Made by a program: the position numbers and the translations under genes
Part shown: one piece after another, positions 63,841 through 64,000 of the stretch
How positions within the stretch are numbered: the first letter of the stretch is position 1
Layout: each line of letters starts with the position of its first letter
Notes under the pieces: model-generated
What the model was told of the DNA's origin: nothing
Database searches by the model: none
What the model saw: the letters and a program-made list of their open reading frames with translations, nothing else
From: a virus
Lineage: Duplodnaviria > Caudoviricetes
Length of the DNA stretch: 64,000 nucleotides
IMG/VR virus record: IMGVR_UViG_3300010051_000550
Span: 15,667 to 79,666 of that record
Strand: one strand, 5' to 3'

Positions 63841-64000
63841 TTTCCTGAGCAAGCTGGCGGAGGGCGGCGGGCGGAAGGCCGGCCGCGTGGAGATGGACAG
63901 CCCGGTGCTGGCCAGTGCCGGGGCGCGGGTTCGGACCTCCTACCCCAAGTCGCGGCGGGCGGGGCAGTACGTGCGTGTGACGGCGACGCTGCTGCCGGAA
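63830..64000 (+). CDS. ParA partner, possibly ribbon-helix-helix/ParG-like; truncated by the window edge
   Basis: Overlaps the parA stop; MSDDFLSKL... disordered N-terminus, then VRVTATLLPE. Confidence 0.55.
   Translation, partial: MSDDFLSKLAEGGGRKAGRVEMDSPVLASAGARVRTSYPKSRRAGQYVRVTATLLPE

Larger units (their letters stand above)
1..64000. mobile_element. Temperate siphophage, probably a phage-plasmid (partial genome; no integrase or att site in the window)
   Basis: Ordered terminase-portal-head-neck-tail-tape measure-lysis genes across 1.2-52 kb; ParA and FtsK-like genes at 61-64 kb. Confidence 0.93.

Noticed and set aside
1-64000. tRNA, rRNA, integrase, att site or IS element
   Set aside because: None recognisable in this window; integration functions may lie outside it

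Overview
The whole window is GC-rich temperate siphophage DNA. It carries a lambda-GpA-type terminase, portal, minor head protein, protease/scaffold, major capsid, neck, tail tube, a frameshifted tail chaperone pair, a 2444-aa tape measure, distal tail genes, a holin and a large multi-glycosidase lysin. No integrase is visible. The right end instead has a ParA with a small partner gene, centromere-like repeats, and an FtsK/TraB-like membrane ATPase followed by a 28-bp palindrome, which suggests a phage-plasmid. The host is probably a filamentous Chloroflexota bacterium; this is inferred from EVTRLVE lipoprotein repeats, an EAD7-like domain, P/T-rich linkers and GAAC-N4-GTTC boxes. Three accessory blocks interrupt the core. 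At 9.5-17.7 kb is a small-gene operon with a MazG-like gene. At 24.6-31.1 kb are a HicAB-like three-gene cassette, a nuclease plus helical-repeat protein and a lipoprotein. At 52.9-60.2 kb are a thermonuclease, a HEPN-like gene and an MmeI-like R-M enzyme. Reading the intergenic DNA shows a regulatory layer: (i) a conserved operator-promoter-hairpin-motif-terminator leader before both the head operon and the tail operon; (ii) a putative sRNA whose 5' end is exactly complementary to the RBS of the first two accessory genes; (iii) a 16-bp parS-format palindrome found three times at module junctions. All family assignments come from motif recognition by eye, not from database searches.
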